The position numbers were made by a program, and so were the translations under genes. This document shows positions 1 through 14,437 of a stretch of 64,000 bases of DNA, piece by piece. The notes below the pieces were generated by a model. That model searched no databases and was not told the DNA's origin. It saw only the letters and a list, made by a program, of their open reading frames with translations. Origin of the DNA: Octopus vulgaris (lineage: Eukaryota); assembly GCA_951406725.2 (NCBI GenBank), contig OX597821.1:46252001-46316000 (forward strand), given 5' to 3'. The stretch's first letter is position 1, and each line of letters starts with the position of its first letter.

Positions 1-360
1 GTATTTAGTGGGAAATTTTGAAATCATGTCTATATACGCATCTAAATATTTGTCCTTTCCCTTGTAGGGGATGAAGTGGGATTTATTTCTGACTATTGAT
101 TCATCATTTAAATCCTTACTGCTGAAGAATTCTATAAGTCGGAGGTGACGGTTGAAGTGTGCAATATCAGATTTCAGTTCAATGAGATTAGGGGTGGGTG
201 TCAGGGTAAACATGAAACCTTTTAATAGGAGGTTCATCTCACTCTTGTTGAGGTTTCTATTTGACAAATTTATGATCTTCGGGTCTATATGTTCTGTGTG
301 TTCATTTAAATTTTGCATTTTATCAGGTCTGGTGCATGATTTTTGTATTTTCTTCCTAAA
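1..360 (-). mobile_element. Penelope-like element ORF fragment (region N-terminal to RT)
   Basis: The minus strand reads INLSNRNLNKSEMNLLLKGFMFTLTPTPNLIELKSDIAHFNRHLRLIEFF, resembling the conserved PLE pre-RT segment (INLS..L...E..LL.KGL.F.PTP). 285-360 is duplicated at 2648-2722. Confidence 0.65.
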
Positions 361-797
361 TACCAAAATACCGAAAAGTAATGGAACTACATTTCATCAA
401 AAAATTCTCCCCAAAATACATATAAATATCTCAAACACCTGCACACAAATTTTGTAGCTTGCCTCAGCAACATGTGTAGTTGGCCGCAAAACACATAGGG
501 GCTGTGCTGTGCTGAAGTGAATAGAGATTTTTCAATTACAATAACAAAGGATAAAATTTTTAAAAGAAAATTTTATTAGTGGCCAGCTTATACAAAAAGA
601 CCAATTACGGTGAAATTATATTTATAATTAAGGGCATAGAAATTTTCCAGCCTATAAGCCAAAATAGATGCTAAATCTTCTCACCACTTAAGAAATTTAG
701 TGTGAGGGTATCTGGGGTATTTATATGTGCTTATGGATTTGCATTTTGCTTTCCTGTGGGTACATATATATATCTTATTTATTTCCTGTAAGTGTAT

Positions 798-850
798 CCT
801 GCTGAAGAAGGAAAAGCCACTGGGCAAATCCAGAAATGAGCTAATCCAGG
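798..850 (+). ncRNA. Type I hammerhead ribozyme motif (PLE pseudo-LTR type), slightly degenerate
   Basis: cctg-CUGAAGA-aGGAaaaGCCacugGGCaaaUCCa-GAAA-UGAGCUAA-UC-cagg. Stem I is cctg/cagg, stem III is near-palindromic, and the triplet is AUC. The 10.1/11.1 pair is an A.A mismatch. Confidence 0.6.
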
Positions 851-1299
851 GCTATCTTTATTATTAATTTCCATTAGCTTGTCGCTTTGATTTCAGCGCG
901 TGTGTAAATTTTGTCGCTTCTATGCCCTTATATATATGTATATATATATAAAGCTAAAAAATTATGGTTGAGAAAATACGTGTTAAACACAGTATCTAAA
1001 CCTCATTTCAGGGTAAGTCCCATGTCATGTGTCTGTGGAGTATGTTCACCAGTGATACACAGCAAACATCATTGTAATAATTTCAGGATGGATCTTGGGT
1101 ATATATTAAAGATAAAAAGATAAGATGGAATGTACCAACAAAGAAATTTATATTATCATGTCCTTGTGGGCATGGAATGATGCGATAACACCAGATCCAA
1201 CTCACAGTGCATAGAAGACTCCTCAGGTGGGATTATAATGTTTTAAACTGGGAGATTAACATTGAGCCTACAGAACCCACGCAGCAACAGCATGATGAA

Positions 1300-1690
1300 T
1301 CGACAACCAATTGGTTAATTTTTGCAGTGCATGTGAGGGGAGGTCCTTATGTTTATATCGGTGCCACAGTTGATTCCTTTCAAGAATCGATATAGAAATC
1401 ATTTTTCTAGTTTTAGAAAACTGAACAAGAGACACGTGACGTAACTGGCAGATTTTCTGTGGCAATTGAAAACCAGCAGGATTAAATATGAGATTTCATA
1501 GTCATTTATGAAATACACAAAACCCTACGACTCACATTCTAGGACCTGTGGACTGTGCTCTGTAGAATCCCTGTCAATATTGCTTACTCATGAAAAGGTC
1601 ATTAATAAATTAACAGAACACATTACATGTTGTTTACATGCCATAATAGCCACCTTCAAATATTACTCCCCTGTAAACACAGCACTGAAC
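1300..1690 (+). mobile_element. Penelope-like GIY-YIG endonuclease remnant
   Basis: With frameshifts and stops it reads YVYIGATVDSF../NRYRNHFSSFRKLNKRHVT*LADFLWQLK...KPYDSHSRTCGLCSVESLSIL. This matches the PLE EN pattern YIG...F..RY.NH..SF...L..W.LK...PY....C.LC..E. Confidence 0.8.
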
Positions 1691-2429
1691 TGCCATAATC
1701 TACATTGAACAGTAAACATCATGCTATCATTTCATACACTGCTATGTGCCCATGGACAGGTGTGTGGGCTTTTGCCCATGTGTTGTTTACTATTCTGTAC
1801 TTGCATGTGTGTCAGAGTAGTTTTGTGAGTGTGTACATGTAGGTGCAAAGTTGAGGTGTTTTTATAAGCCTGTGTGTATATATAAATGCTGAATGGAAGT
1901 CTCTGGTGTGTATGCATGTGTACATAAGTATATCTGTGTACGAACATGTATGTATGTATAATTATGTGAGTGTACAAGTGTACTTGCCTGCAGTCATGTG
2001 AGACTATGGGTGTTAATGTACATTTTCAATTGTATGTCCTGTGGTATGAGTGTAATGGGATGTGTAGGTGTATGTGGGTGGGATCTGTTAGAATTATGTG
2101 AAGATGTGAGTGTGCCTGTGTGAGTCTGTGGCTGTATCTGTGTGTGTGTGTGTGTGTGTGTGCATGTGCTCTATGGAGGCAGTGTTGATGTGATCTCTAT
2201 GGGTCAAGGTGGGTGAATTTTTGTGCCCTGAGGGATGTATGCATATGTCTAGGTGTGTTTCTGTATGTATGTATGTGTGCGTGTGTGATTGACTGACATA
2301 CATACATGTGGTCATGTGTGCTGGCATATGACCACGAGTATAATTATTAACCTGTGCATCTAAATGTCTTTGCATTTATGTAAATGTATGTATGTGCACG
2401 ACTGTCTGTGCATTTGTCTAACTGTTAAA

Positions 2430-3600
2430 ACCTCTCAATACAGCGAAGCTCAAATGTAAATCTCCCAGCTTAAAACCTTATCTCACCTGTGGAGTCTTCT
2501 ATGCATTGTGAATTGCATCTAGTGTTGTTGCATCGTTCCACGCCCACAAGGGAGCAGTGCATTTTGAAGATGAACCAATTGTTGTGATAATATCAATTTT
2601 TTTGTTGGTATATTCTGTCTTCTCTTTTTATCTTTAACATATATGTTCTATATGTTCTGTGTGTTCATTAAAATTTTGTGTTGTGTCGGGTCTGGTGCGT
2701 GATTGTGTATTTTCTCCTTAAAAAAAAAGGAATTGTGTTAATGTGTCTCCATGTAGATGGTAGGATGGCTCATGATTTTTCTACGGGATTCCATTGTCTA
2801 TAGGTTCTGTTTTCTTCCCATCTTCCATGTTTTTTGGGCCATTCAGGATATAAAGGATTTTTAGTCGTAAATTGTGGGATTCTTGAGTTACCATGGCAGT
2901 TATTCCTATTATGGCTTCTGTGTTGTCCATAATCTTTTTGTCTTTCTTCCCGTTGATTCATCCATCTAGGGCAGTGCTTCTTGAACTATCTGATGTGGCA
3001 TACTGGTAGTATTTTTTTCCCCAATGTGCCAGGGAATGGTAATATTTCTTAGTGATATTAATTTATACCTGAAACAATGTATACAATGAATATAATAAAA
3101 GTTGACAATTTTTTTTATCCTATATTTATTTTGTATACAAATAATGCAATATTACATTAGCATTCTATATGCATTTTATGTTTCTTTCTTTTCTGGAAAC
3201 TCGACGTGTACCAGAAGCGGACCCGCACCGGTGTGTGGACCACTACTTTGAGTAGTACTGATCTAGGGTACATACTATTACGGGTTGGTGGTTGTCTTTT
3301 TCCCCGTGTATTTGTCCATCTAGGGTGTTTGATATTATGGGTTGATAGTTGTCTTCTATATTTCATGTGTTGGCTTATTGCAGTCTTATGTATTGCACCA
3401 TATGGGCTTCTGGTTTGCACCTGGGGTGACATGGAGGTCATTTCTGCATATGTTCTAGGGTAACCAGAGGTTTGATACCTGAGTTCGGTTCCTCGGGGGG
3501 TTTGTGTCTATGTTTGTTTTCGATTTTCTCATTCTTTTGTTGTTGTGGTTTCATTTTCATAATGGATTTTTCTCAATATTTTTTTCATAGTTGGTGAACC
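2430..3600 (-). mobile_element. Further Penelope-like element fragments
   Basis: 2447-2645 is a diverged inverted copy of 1100-1266, and 2648-2722 is a direct copy of 285-360. Boundaries are approximate. Confidence 0.45.
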
Positions 3601-4060
3601 ACTCTTGTTTTTTCCACATTTTTATGGGTTTTTCTTCTTCCTACTTTGTGTCTTATATATATATCTTCATATATATATGTATATATGTGTGTGTGTGTGT
3701 GTGTGTGTATATATACTTATCTATTTCCATTGTCCTGGAACCTCACCCCAAAAAACAAAAAAAAAACCCCAAAACAAAAAACAGTGTTCTGCATTTCTAA
3801 ACAAAACAAAAGAGCATCTGTTTTATATAAATAAGCGACTTGTTTGTATATGCACAAAAAATTTTATTTGACAAGTTTGAAAAATGAACAAACGTCTAAA
3901 TAAAAAACAATTCTTTTTCCAAAATTCTGGTGACCTCTTTTCTCAGTATTCAATATTTGTGTACCACTTCTAACACTCAATAGATACATACACACAGAGA
4001 CACACACACATATATATAGATGTATATATATACATAATATATACATATTTATATACATAT

Positions 4061-4415
4061 AGGCGTAGGAGTGGCTATGTGGTAAGTAGCTTGCTTACCA
4101 ACCACATGGTTCCGGGTTCAGTCCCACTGCGTGGCACCTTGGGCAAGTGTCTTCTACTATAGTCTCGGGCCGACCAAAGCCTTGTGAGTGGATTTGGTAG
4201 ATGGAAACTTAAAGAAGGTCGTCGTATATATGTATATATATATATGCGTGTGTCTGTGCTTGTCCCCCCAACATCACCTGACAACCGATGCTGGTGTGTT
4301 TATGTCCTCGTTACTTAGCGGTTCGGCAAAAGAGACCGATAGAATAAGTACTAGGCATACAAAGAATAAGTCCCAGGGTTGAGTTGCTCGATTAAAGGCG
4401 GTGCTGCAGTCAAAT
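4061..4415 (+). mobile_element. tRNA-derived SINE (octopus type), copy 1 of tandem pair
   Basis: A-box-like TGGCTATGTGGTAAG, B-box-like GGGTTCAGTCCC, CORE-like CCTTGGGCAAGTG, internal (TA/TG)n, and tail GCAGTCAAATGACTGAAAC. Confidence 0.85.
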
Positions 4416-4452
4416 GACTGAAACAAGTAAAAGAGTATATTTATATACATAT

Positions 4453-4836
4453 AAGCGTAGGAGTGGCTATGTGGTAAGTAGCTTGCTTATCAACAACATG
4501 GTTCCGGGTTCAGTACCACTGCGTGGCACCTTGGGCAAGTGTCTTCTACTGTAGCCTCGGGCCGACCAAAGCCTTGTGAGTGGATTTGGTAGATGGAAAC
4601 TGAAAGAAGCTCGTCGTATATATGTATATATATATCTTTGTATGTCTTTGTTTGTCTCCCCACCAATGCTTGACAACTGATGCTGGTGTGTCTGTGCTCC
4701 CATAACTTAGCAGTTCAGCAAAAGAGACTGATAGAATAAGTAGTAGGCTTACAAAGAATAAGTCCTGGGGTCGATTTGTTCGACTAAAGGCGGTGCTCCA
4801 GGAAAGCTGCAGCCAAATGACTGAAACGAATAAAAG
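4453..4836 (+). mobile_element. tRNA-derived SINE, copy 2 of tandem pair
   Basis: Collinear with 4061-4415 along its whole length. Confidence 0.85.
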
Positions 4837-4913
4837 AATATATATTACACACACACACACATTCCACACATATATACATGTATATATATATCACAGACAC
4901 ACATATATATCTA

Positions 4914-4963
<50 letters not shown>

Positions 4964-5029
4964 ACACAACACACATGTATACATACATAGCATAGCATAT
5001 ATGTATATACATATATTCCATATATTCTA

Positions 5030-5215
5030 TTCTTTTAATCTTGTATTTCTTTCAGTCATTTAACTGCGCCTATGCTAGTGCGCTGCCTTTGGTCGAAAAA
5101 ATTCATTACAGAGTATATTTTTTGTAAGTCTAGTACTTATTCTATCGGCCTCTTTTGCCAAACAGCTAAGTTACGAGGACATCAGCACAACAACATTGGT
5201 TTTCAACTGATGGGG
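5030..5215 (-). mobile_element. 3' half of the same SINE family
   Basis: TTTCAGTCATTTAACTGCG...TAGTACTTATTCTATCGG...CTTTTGCC is the reverse complement of the SINE 3' half. Confidence 0.7.
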
Positions 5216-5497
5216 AAATATATATATATATTACATACATATATATATATTACACACACACATAAATATATATATATAAATATATATTACATATAAATAT
5301 ATATATATTATATATTTTATACACATATATATATGAGATTACATATAAATATATATATATATTATATATTTTATACACATATATATATGAGATTACATAT
5401 AAATATATATATATTATATATTTTATACACATATATATATGAGATAAAGAGTACATGCTTTATCCACTTAAACAGTGCAACAGGACCCGTGTATAAA

Positions 5498-5536
<39 letters not shown>

Positions 5537-5573
5537 CATATATATATTATACACACATACATACATATATATA

Positions 5574-7130
5574 CTAGCAGTCCACCCCGGTGTTGCCTGG
5601 GATTAAGTTAGGATTATTAAGCTAATCAAGCGCTTTGTTTCCAACCAAACTTAAGTTACACAGTCAAATATGAGCGAAATCCATTGAAATTTGTAAACGT
5701 TTGGCAGAGAATGGGTTGCAGACAATTTGATTGAGAAATCCCATAAGGAATCGGTTCATCGATTTTTTTCCAGTCATCGATTGTTTTTTTAAAAAGTTTT
5801 TTGAGAACTTGAAGCATTTAAAGATCCCATAAGTCCTAAGCAATGCCAGCATAAAGTTTGAACAAAATACGTAAAATTATTGTTGAAAATGGGGTGTGGC
5901 CAATTGTATATGGGAAATCCTATAAGGATTTTTCATCCTGATTGAATGGAAAACCCCATAAGGAATCAGTTTCTTGATTTTCCACCCCCAAAAGGACTTA
6001 ACCGAACACAACATTGCTGATTCAAAAAATCTATATTTATACTTTAAAGTTAGTTTTCACACCCAACCCAGTTCTGCAAAATCAGTGTCACGATGGGAAC
6101 GCATGGGTTGGGAGTTTGACCGGTAGAAGTGAGCAGGCTGCACATACCAGCCCTTTCAAACCCCACATCATCATATAACCCCCCACTTGGCCCATGGTTT
6201 GGGAAACCTTCTGGCAAGGAAAATACAACTCCCAAAAGAAAGGGCTCTCAATCCTCTGTGTCAGAAAAGGTTATGTTCGGATCATAACTAAGCCTTAACC
6301 TAAGCCTAAGCTAACCTAGCGAATTGAGGCTCGGGAGCCTCTAAAAGGCAGCGACTAATCTTGTCCTATCCCCTCCTAGGGGTACTATCAACCAAAGCTG
6401 CATCAAAGATATGCATTGGGGAAGGTTGCATTGAAAGTTTACACTGGATCGAAGATTTGCATTATAGATCTGCAGTGAAGAAGGTTGATTCGAAGTTTTG
6501 CATTGGGGATCTGGATTGGAATAACTTAAGAAAACTTACTAACAGTCTTAACCAAAAAAATAAGGGGTCTGGCCCTGCTAGCCTAACTCTATGAGCAACT
6601 TGGCCAAGCACTGATATTGGCCGAGTGAGCATTGTTGTCGAAGAAGTCAGCATTGTCCAATAAAGAGGAGGATGAGTCATGTTGCCATGGTTTGAGAATA
6701 TATCCGGCCAGTGCTTTCGGATCACCTGTTTATAACCACATTGGCTGCACTGATGACTTGTTCTTCTTTCTACGTCTATAAAACATCGCTATAGACAACA
6801 TTGTGTGTTCTGCCCTGAGGGGCATACACAAAAGCAGTGTTTCTACTCCCCACTCGGGAGCAAGCCACATAAAGTTGCCCATGTGAAAGGCACGCCCCCA
6901 CCTCCTTAATGGATGCCTGCCACTGATAGTGTTTGGCTTTGGGCCTCACCGGGAACTGTGATCTGCAGAAGTGAAATGGCATGTCTGACTCCGAGGGATA
7001 AAGCTGAATCCTTGTAATGAAAACATTTCCTCCCACCTACACCCCATAACAATGTTGACCTCAATAAAGTGGGGCATCAAGGACTTGACTACCAAGCGGG
7101 TCCTGTTGCACTGTTTAGGTGGATAAAGCG
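5574..7130 (-). mobile_element. Helitron 3' fragment with PIF1-like helicase C-terminus remnant (6776-7130) and canonical 3' terminus
   Basis: The minus strand reads PPKQCNRTRLVVKSLMPHFIE...NVFITRIQLYPSESDMPFHFCRSQFPVR...SHGQLYVACSRVG...THNVVYSDVL, which are Helitron helicase motifs. The 3' end is a hairpin CCCAGGCAACACCGGG, about 8 nt, then CTAG|T at 5574. Internal continuity is assumed. Confidence 0.8.
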
Positions 7131-7747
7131 TGTACTCTTTATCTCATTTGAGTTTTATTGAATGATTGGGTAAAATTTTCTTAACAAATAGGATATATTG
7201 TAAGTCTACACACACACACACACACGCAAACACACACTTGGTGTTATTTTTGTTGTAATATGTGTACTCTTTATTCCATTTAATTTGTTGTTTTGAGGTG
7301 TTCCACTAATTTGATGGTAGGTTTTTTTGAGGTGGAGATTAAAGCAGTGATTTATTTCTGGTACCATTATATCATCGAAGATTTTATGGCAGGAGATAAG
7401 TTTCGGCTAGGACTATCCTTTGTTTTGAATCACAGAGTTGTCAATGATGTATCAGCTGTTAAGGTACAGCATTCGGTAAATTCCGTAAATTATTTTTATT
7501 TGTTTTTTGATGTGGAAACGTACATTTCTTTTGATGTCAGCATAAAGTGAAAGAGAGAAAATGACAGGGATGGGTGTATGTGTTGAGGGTGGGGTGCGAG
7601 ATAGAAAGTGTGTTTGAGAGAAACAGAAGGTGTGTGTTGATGTGTGTGTGTGTGTGTGAGGGAGAGAGTAACTGTACATTTTTAAATTCATTTTTCCTCG
7701 CTTCTTTTTTGAGTGAGTGATTGACTGAAAGAAAAAGAGAGAGAGAG

Positions 7748-7804
<57 letters not shown>

Positions 7805-8171
7805 TAGTGTAACGCTCCTCTCTCTTTCTCTCTCAATCAAAGACTAAAAACAGATGCGAGAAAAAGTAAATTGAATTTAAGTTTTCTCTCTCTCTCTCTC
7901 TCCCTCTGTCTCACACACTTTCTCTTTCTCTCTTTCTGAAAACACACACCTCTCTCTCTCTCAGTCAATCACTCACACACTCAAACAAAATATGAGGAAA
8001 TATAAATTTTAAAAATATATGTGTTACTCTTTCCCTCACGCACACACACACACATGGCGTACATTTTTTGAATTTATTTCTCCTCGCATCTCTTCTGAGT
8101 GAGTGAGTCAGTGATTGACTGACAGAGAAGTGTTTCTTGTCAGAAAGAGAGAGAGAGAAAGTGTGAACACA

Positions 8172-8560
8172 AATAGTGAGCGGTGTTTCACAGGGCACTA
8201 TCTTGGGACCACAGCATTTTATAGTGGCCCTCTCAGATATGCCCTCAAATGCCCAGATAGCCACCCTTGCAAGCTATGCAGATGATGCGAAAGTCTCGCA
8301 GAAAAAAAATACAGAACCCCAGTGATGTTGCACACCTGCAGCAGGGGTTGGACTCAATTTACAGATGGGCTGAGGATAATGATATGCAGTTTAATGCTGT
8401 AAAGTTCCAAGCCCTGTGCTAGCAGCATCCAAAATTGAATATGAAACTTACAGGGTACACTGGTCCACAGGGAATTTCAATCCCAGAACCTAAATCAGTG
8501 AGGGACCTGGGTATCGACATGAGTGATGATACCTCTTTCCAAGTGCACATTACCAGGATA
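8172..8560 (+). mobile_element. CR1/L2-clade LINE RT fragment
   Basis: Reads IVSGVSQGTILGPQHFIVALSDMP...LASYADDAKV...LQQGLDSIYRWAEDNDMQFNAVKFQAL...SVRDLGIDMSDDTSFQVHI. Confidence 0.85.
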
Positions 8561-8589
8561 CACCTGTTATTAGTCCAGTAACAAAAAAA

Positions 8590-9230
8590 AAGGAAAAATA
8601 GGAATAGGAAAATTATCTGGTTCACTCCACTTTACTCCCCCAAAGTGACCTGTAATATAAGTAGATATTTCTTATCACTTATAAGATAGGCATTTTCCAA
8701 TCAATCATAATTGTAGAAATCTCTTTTACAGGCTCAACTTAAGAATTACTTTTAGTTCTACTACTAACTTTTAAAATATAACTGCATACAACACACAAAA
8801 AGAACAAGATGAAGCCGGCTGTTCTTGCAGAGTTAAAATTTTGTTCCCACTAAATAGAACTTTTATGACTGAGGCCATCTTTTATGAAGCCACTATAGAC
8901 AGTACAACCACTAAGGACTTAGATTCATCAAGGAAACATGTGGGTCTCGCAGAGGGAAATTTTAAAGCCAGGTTCAACAATTACACCTTAAGCTTCAAAC
9001 ACTAGAATAAAAGGGAAACATGGTCCTTAAACAAAAACAGTGTCAGCTTTAAGATTCACTGGAAGATCTTGGCCAAGTGTAAGCCTTATCACTACAAACA
9101 TCCCACTTGAACTCAGCGTAATGTGATATATTTTGTTGAGAAGTTCTTTGACATTGAAGTGTGCAAGAAGGCAAAGAAGGATATTTATTTCCATTGTGGA
9201 GCAACATTGCTTTGAGACTTCATGTTGAGC
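8590..9230 (+). mobile_element. Penelope-like element fragment (RT-EN linker and GIY-YIG)
   Basis: Reads RKIIWFTP...; AIFYEATID...KHVGLAEGNFKARFNNYTLSFKH...FKIHWKILAKCKPY, heavily decayed. Confidence 0.7.
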
Positions 9231-9269
9231 TATCTATGAACAGTCACCATTCTGCAGAATCATGCTTGA

Positions 9270-10228
9270 GTATCAATAGCAGTACAAACATAAACCAATC
9301 ACATCTTTACAATAACACAGATCATTAATATTTCTTACAGTAAATTTCTGGAAATTCTTCATAGCGTTTCCAGTACAGAGATGTCTTTCAGTCTTCCCCC
9401 AGTACATTCCATTCCTTCAACCTTGATGAAAGAAGTTCAGCTCCTGACTTAGTAAGACCCAGATCCCTGATTAAATCATCTTGTTCACTCTGATTTGGAA
9501 AATGAGTCTCCGAAGTCATTCTTGGTATGAAAGCTTCCTCTATTTCTTGGCTGCTACTACTTTATTGATTCTTCAGATGAAATATTTTCTTGGTGGTAGT
9601 AATACTCATAAACTGTCATCATGTGGGACAGGTGCTCTAGATGATGGTATGTCTGGATACTGAAGAGCTTGTCTTCCACATGCCTATCTTCACTTTTCTG
9701 TACTTTGTCACATCGATCATACAAAAGTAACAGTCATCGTGATGGTACTTTGGCCTCTCTTTCCATACCCTTGGAATGGCAAAAAGGCATTGACCTTCCT
9801 GTACCTCTTAACCATCCTTCTAGAGTAGATCAATAGTTTCCACATATCACATGTGGGGCCCATAGTTAGTCCTAGTCAAGATCACACCATGGGTATTCTA
9901 TGGAAATAGTCTGTACGCTATCCACAATTTGGCACCTTTCATGATCTTATGTAATACCTGCTTTTTACCAATATAATAACCACACACATAGCAAAATGTA
10001 TCTGGAGAATTTTTACATACTCTAGTAGCCATCCTGAAAGTAGCAGAACTTAGTAATTGGTCTGAACAGAACATTATAACAATACCACAACATATAATAA
10101 CATTAAAAGTCAACATATTTTCTTAACTGTTGATGATACACAAAAGTTAATTTCATTTTTGGAATCAGCAGAAAAAATGGATTGATAAACAATAAAAAAA
10201 AAGTACAATTTGAAAATTGTTACGTTGT
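9270..10228 (-). mobile_element. Chapaev3-type (CMC) DNA transposon, 5' part
   Basis: Reads MATRVCKNSPDTFCYVCGYYI...WAPHVIC...YHHDDCYFCMID...YPDIPSSRAPVPH...DDLIRDLGLTKSGAELLSSRLKEWNVL. A CAC-starting terminus (CACAACGTAACA, minus strand) is at 10228. Confidence 0.75.
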
Positions 10229-10247
10229 GTATATATATATATATGTG

Positions 10248-10278
<31 letters not shown>

Positions 10279-10324
10279 ATGTATGCGTAACATGTATGTA
10301 TGTATAAACAATTTATAAACAAGG

Positions 10325-11506
10325 GCAAAAGAAAATTTCTATGCCAATATGCTGAGGATAGCTTTTGTCCATTCTTCTGCTAAAACAGTCTCCAGTTCTA
10401 TTGTAGTGATGATGGTGGAGGATATCTACTCCTTACTTGTTTTTCTAAAATGCATCATAAATGTTCAATAATATTGAGATCTGCTAATTTGTGGTGGCCA
10501 GATAAAATGTTCAACTTTACTAGAATATGAGTGTCCTCGTGCCATTCAATAACAACTTTAGCTGTGTGAATTGGTGCATTATCATCCTGAAATTGCATTT
10601 CCCTCTGGAAACAGTTCCACAACTATATGATGAATTTGATATATAAAATGCTTAAATAGTCTTCGCTATTAATTCTGCTATGAAGGGAAGCCATCGGGCT
10701 GGCGGATTTGTGTGTGATATAGCCCCCCAGATCATCATAGATTCTCAACCATGTTTAATAGTTGGAAGCAGGCAGTCTTTGGGTCAATATGCTTTTTTTG
10801 GCTATCTCCACACATATACTCAGCTGGTAGTCGGAAATAAGGTAAAGGATGACTCCATCCAAGAAAATAACATTCTTCCACTGCTCTAGGGACCAATTCT
10901 GTAGGTTTTTACTCCACTCTAAATACTTTGCAACATTTGTTTTTGAAAGTAGTGGTTTTCTGATATACTGCAGCCCTCCCATGAAATCTAGCTTTGTGCA
11001 GCTCCCCTGGCAAACTGAAGCTTTGTGGAAACTGGAATTCTCGAGGTACTCATTTAGTTCTGCAGTACATATTTTGGGAGCTGTACCTTTCTGACAATTC
11101 ACATAAGTGTCAGATGGGGTATCTGGAAAATTTTGGTTTCCTTCCTGAGTTTTGTTTCAACAAGAAGCTTTTACCCTCCATTCTCACAGGCTGTCATTAC
11201 TTTCGAGACAGTACTTCTTGATACAGCAAACATTTTGGCTGTTTTCATTATACTAGTGCCTGCCATATAAGCACCGACAATTTGAACTACTATGAAAGTC
11301 CGATAGATCTCTCATGTTTTAATGAATTTTAATTACCTTTTTCTGATGATATCTGAAAAGAAACAGCAATTTTAGCAAAACATATTAAGTAAAAATAATG
11401 ATAAATCAAAAAACATAAAAATAAACAAGCTTTTGATAGTTTTATAGATATTTCAAAATTATGATGCTATGATGCTAGGTGTTCCCATTATTTTGTCCAA
11501 CCCCTC
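10325..11506 (-). pseudogene. Tc1-like transposase remnant
   Basis: Reads RKPLLSKTNVAKYLEWSKNLQNWSLEQWKNVIFLD, FQDDNAPIHTAKVV and DLNIIEHL. TIR-like AGGGGTTGGACAAAATAATGG lies at the right end. Confidence 0.8.
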
Positions 11507-11513
11507 TAAGTGC

Positions 11514-12504
11514 ATCATCATCATCATCATCATCATCTTATAACATCCGTTTTCCGCGCTAGCACGGATTGGACGGTTCAACCGGGGTCTGGGGAAGGCT
11601 GTGAGTAAGCTGCACCAGGCTCCAGTCTGATCTGGCAGTGTTTCTACAGCTGGATGCCCTTCCCTAATCGCCGCTTACATCCGAGAGTGTAGTGGGTGCT
11701 ATTTTACGTGCCCAGGGGAGTCTGGCAGCGGCCACGATCGGTTGGTGCTTTTAACGTGCCACCGGCACAGAAAGCCAGTCGGAGGCGGCGCTGGCATCGG
11801 CCACGTTCGGTGGTGCTTTTTATGTGCCACCTGCACAGGTATCACAACTACTATTTCCATTGATATTTAATTTTCGATGTTCATGTACTTGACTCAATAG
11901 GTCTCCTCAAGCACAGCGGGTTGTTCTGAAATCCAAGGTACTTTGAATGGGTAGGGCCTATGTGGAACTGGTGCAGGAAGCAGCCTGGGTCTTTGCAGTC
12001 ACAGCATATCTCCAGAGATCTCGGTCCTTGATCATTGCCTCTGTGAGGCCCAATGCTCCTGAGGTCATGCTTGACTATCTCATCCCATGTCTTCCTGGGT
12101 CTACCTCTCCCCTGATACCTTCAACTGTTTGGGGAGCAGCACCTATCCTTCACACATCTCTCCTCATCCATCTGCAGCATATGCAGCCATGCCAATGCAA
12201 GTGCCGCTCTTGCACACCACATCTGATGCTTCTTGTGTATAAACAGCATTTCTCCCAGGGTGCTTACACTCTGTCGTGTGCGCTATGTACACACTGACAT
12301 TACACATCCAGCGGATCATGTTAGCTTCATTTCTTTCAAGTCTACGCTTGTCCTCTGCAGTCACAGCTCATGTTTCACTACCGTGAAGCATAGCAGATCG
12401 TACACCTGCATCATACAATCTTACCTTTCACTCTGAGCAAGAGACCCTTTGTCGCCAGTAGTGGGAAGGAGCTTTCTAAACTTTTGCCCAGGCTATTCGT
12501 ATTC

Positions 12505-12505
<1 letters not shown>
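11514..12505 (-). mobile_element. RTE-clade LINE 3' fragment with (GAT)n tail
   Basis: Reads AWAKVxKAPSPLLATKG...LYDAGVRSAMLHGSET*AVTAEDKRRLERNEANMIRWMCNVS...GRPRKTW. The 3' UTR ends in (CAT)n on the + strand. Confidence 0.8.
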
Positions 12506-14355
<1,850 letters not shown>

Positions 14356-14374
14356 ACAATTATTCGGTAGCCAT

Positions 14375-14437
14375 GATAAAACTCCATGAGTTTCGGATGC
14401 CGAGGTGGAAATCCACGCCACCATCTCTTCAGTTATC
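14375..14437 (-). ncRNA. Type I hammerhead ribozyme, intact core, in a PLE-like terminal repeat (~14358-14850)
   Basis: Minus strand: gauaa-CUGAAGA-GAUGguggcGUGGauuuCCACcucggCAUcC-GAAA-CUC-aug-GAG-UU-uuauc. Stem I is 5 bp, stem III is 4 bp, and the triplet is GUU. Confidence 0.8.

Noticed and set aside
3191-3216. TTCTGG-AAACTCGACGTGTA-CCAGAA, resembling the 3' half of a hammerhead
   Set aside because: CUGANGA and stem II are absent; at best a deleted remnant.
4061-4140. tRNA-like A/B boxes
   Set aside because: These are SINE heads with no full cloverleaf, and they continue into the SINE body.
6286-6320. CCTAAG/CCTAAC telomere-like hexamers
   Set aside because: Too short and degenerate, and internal to a Helitron fragment.
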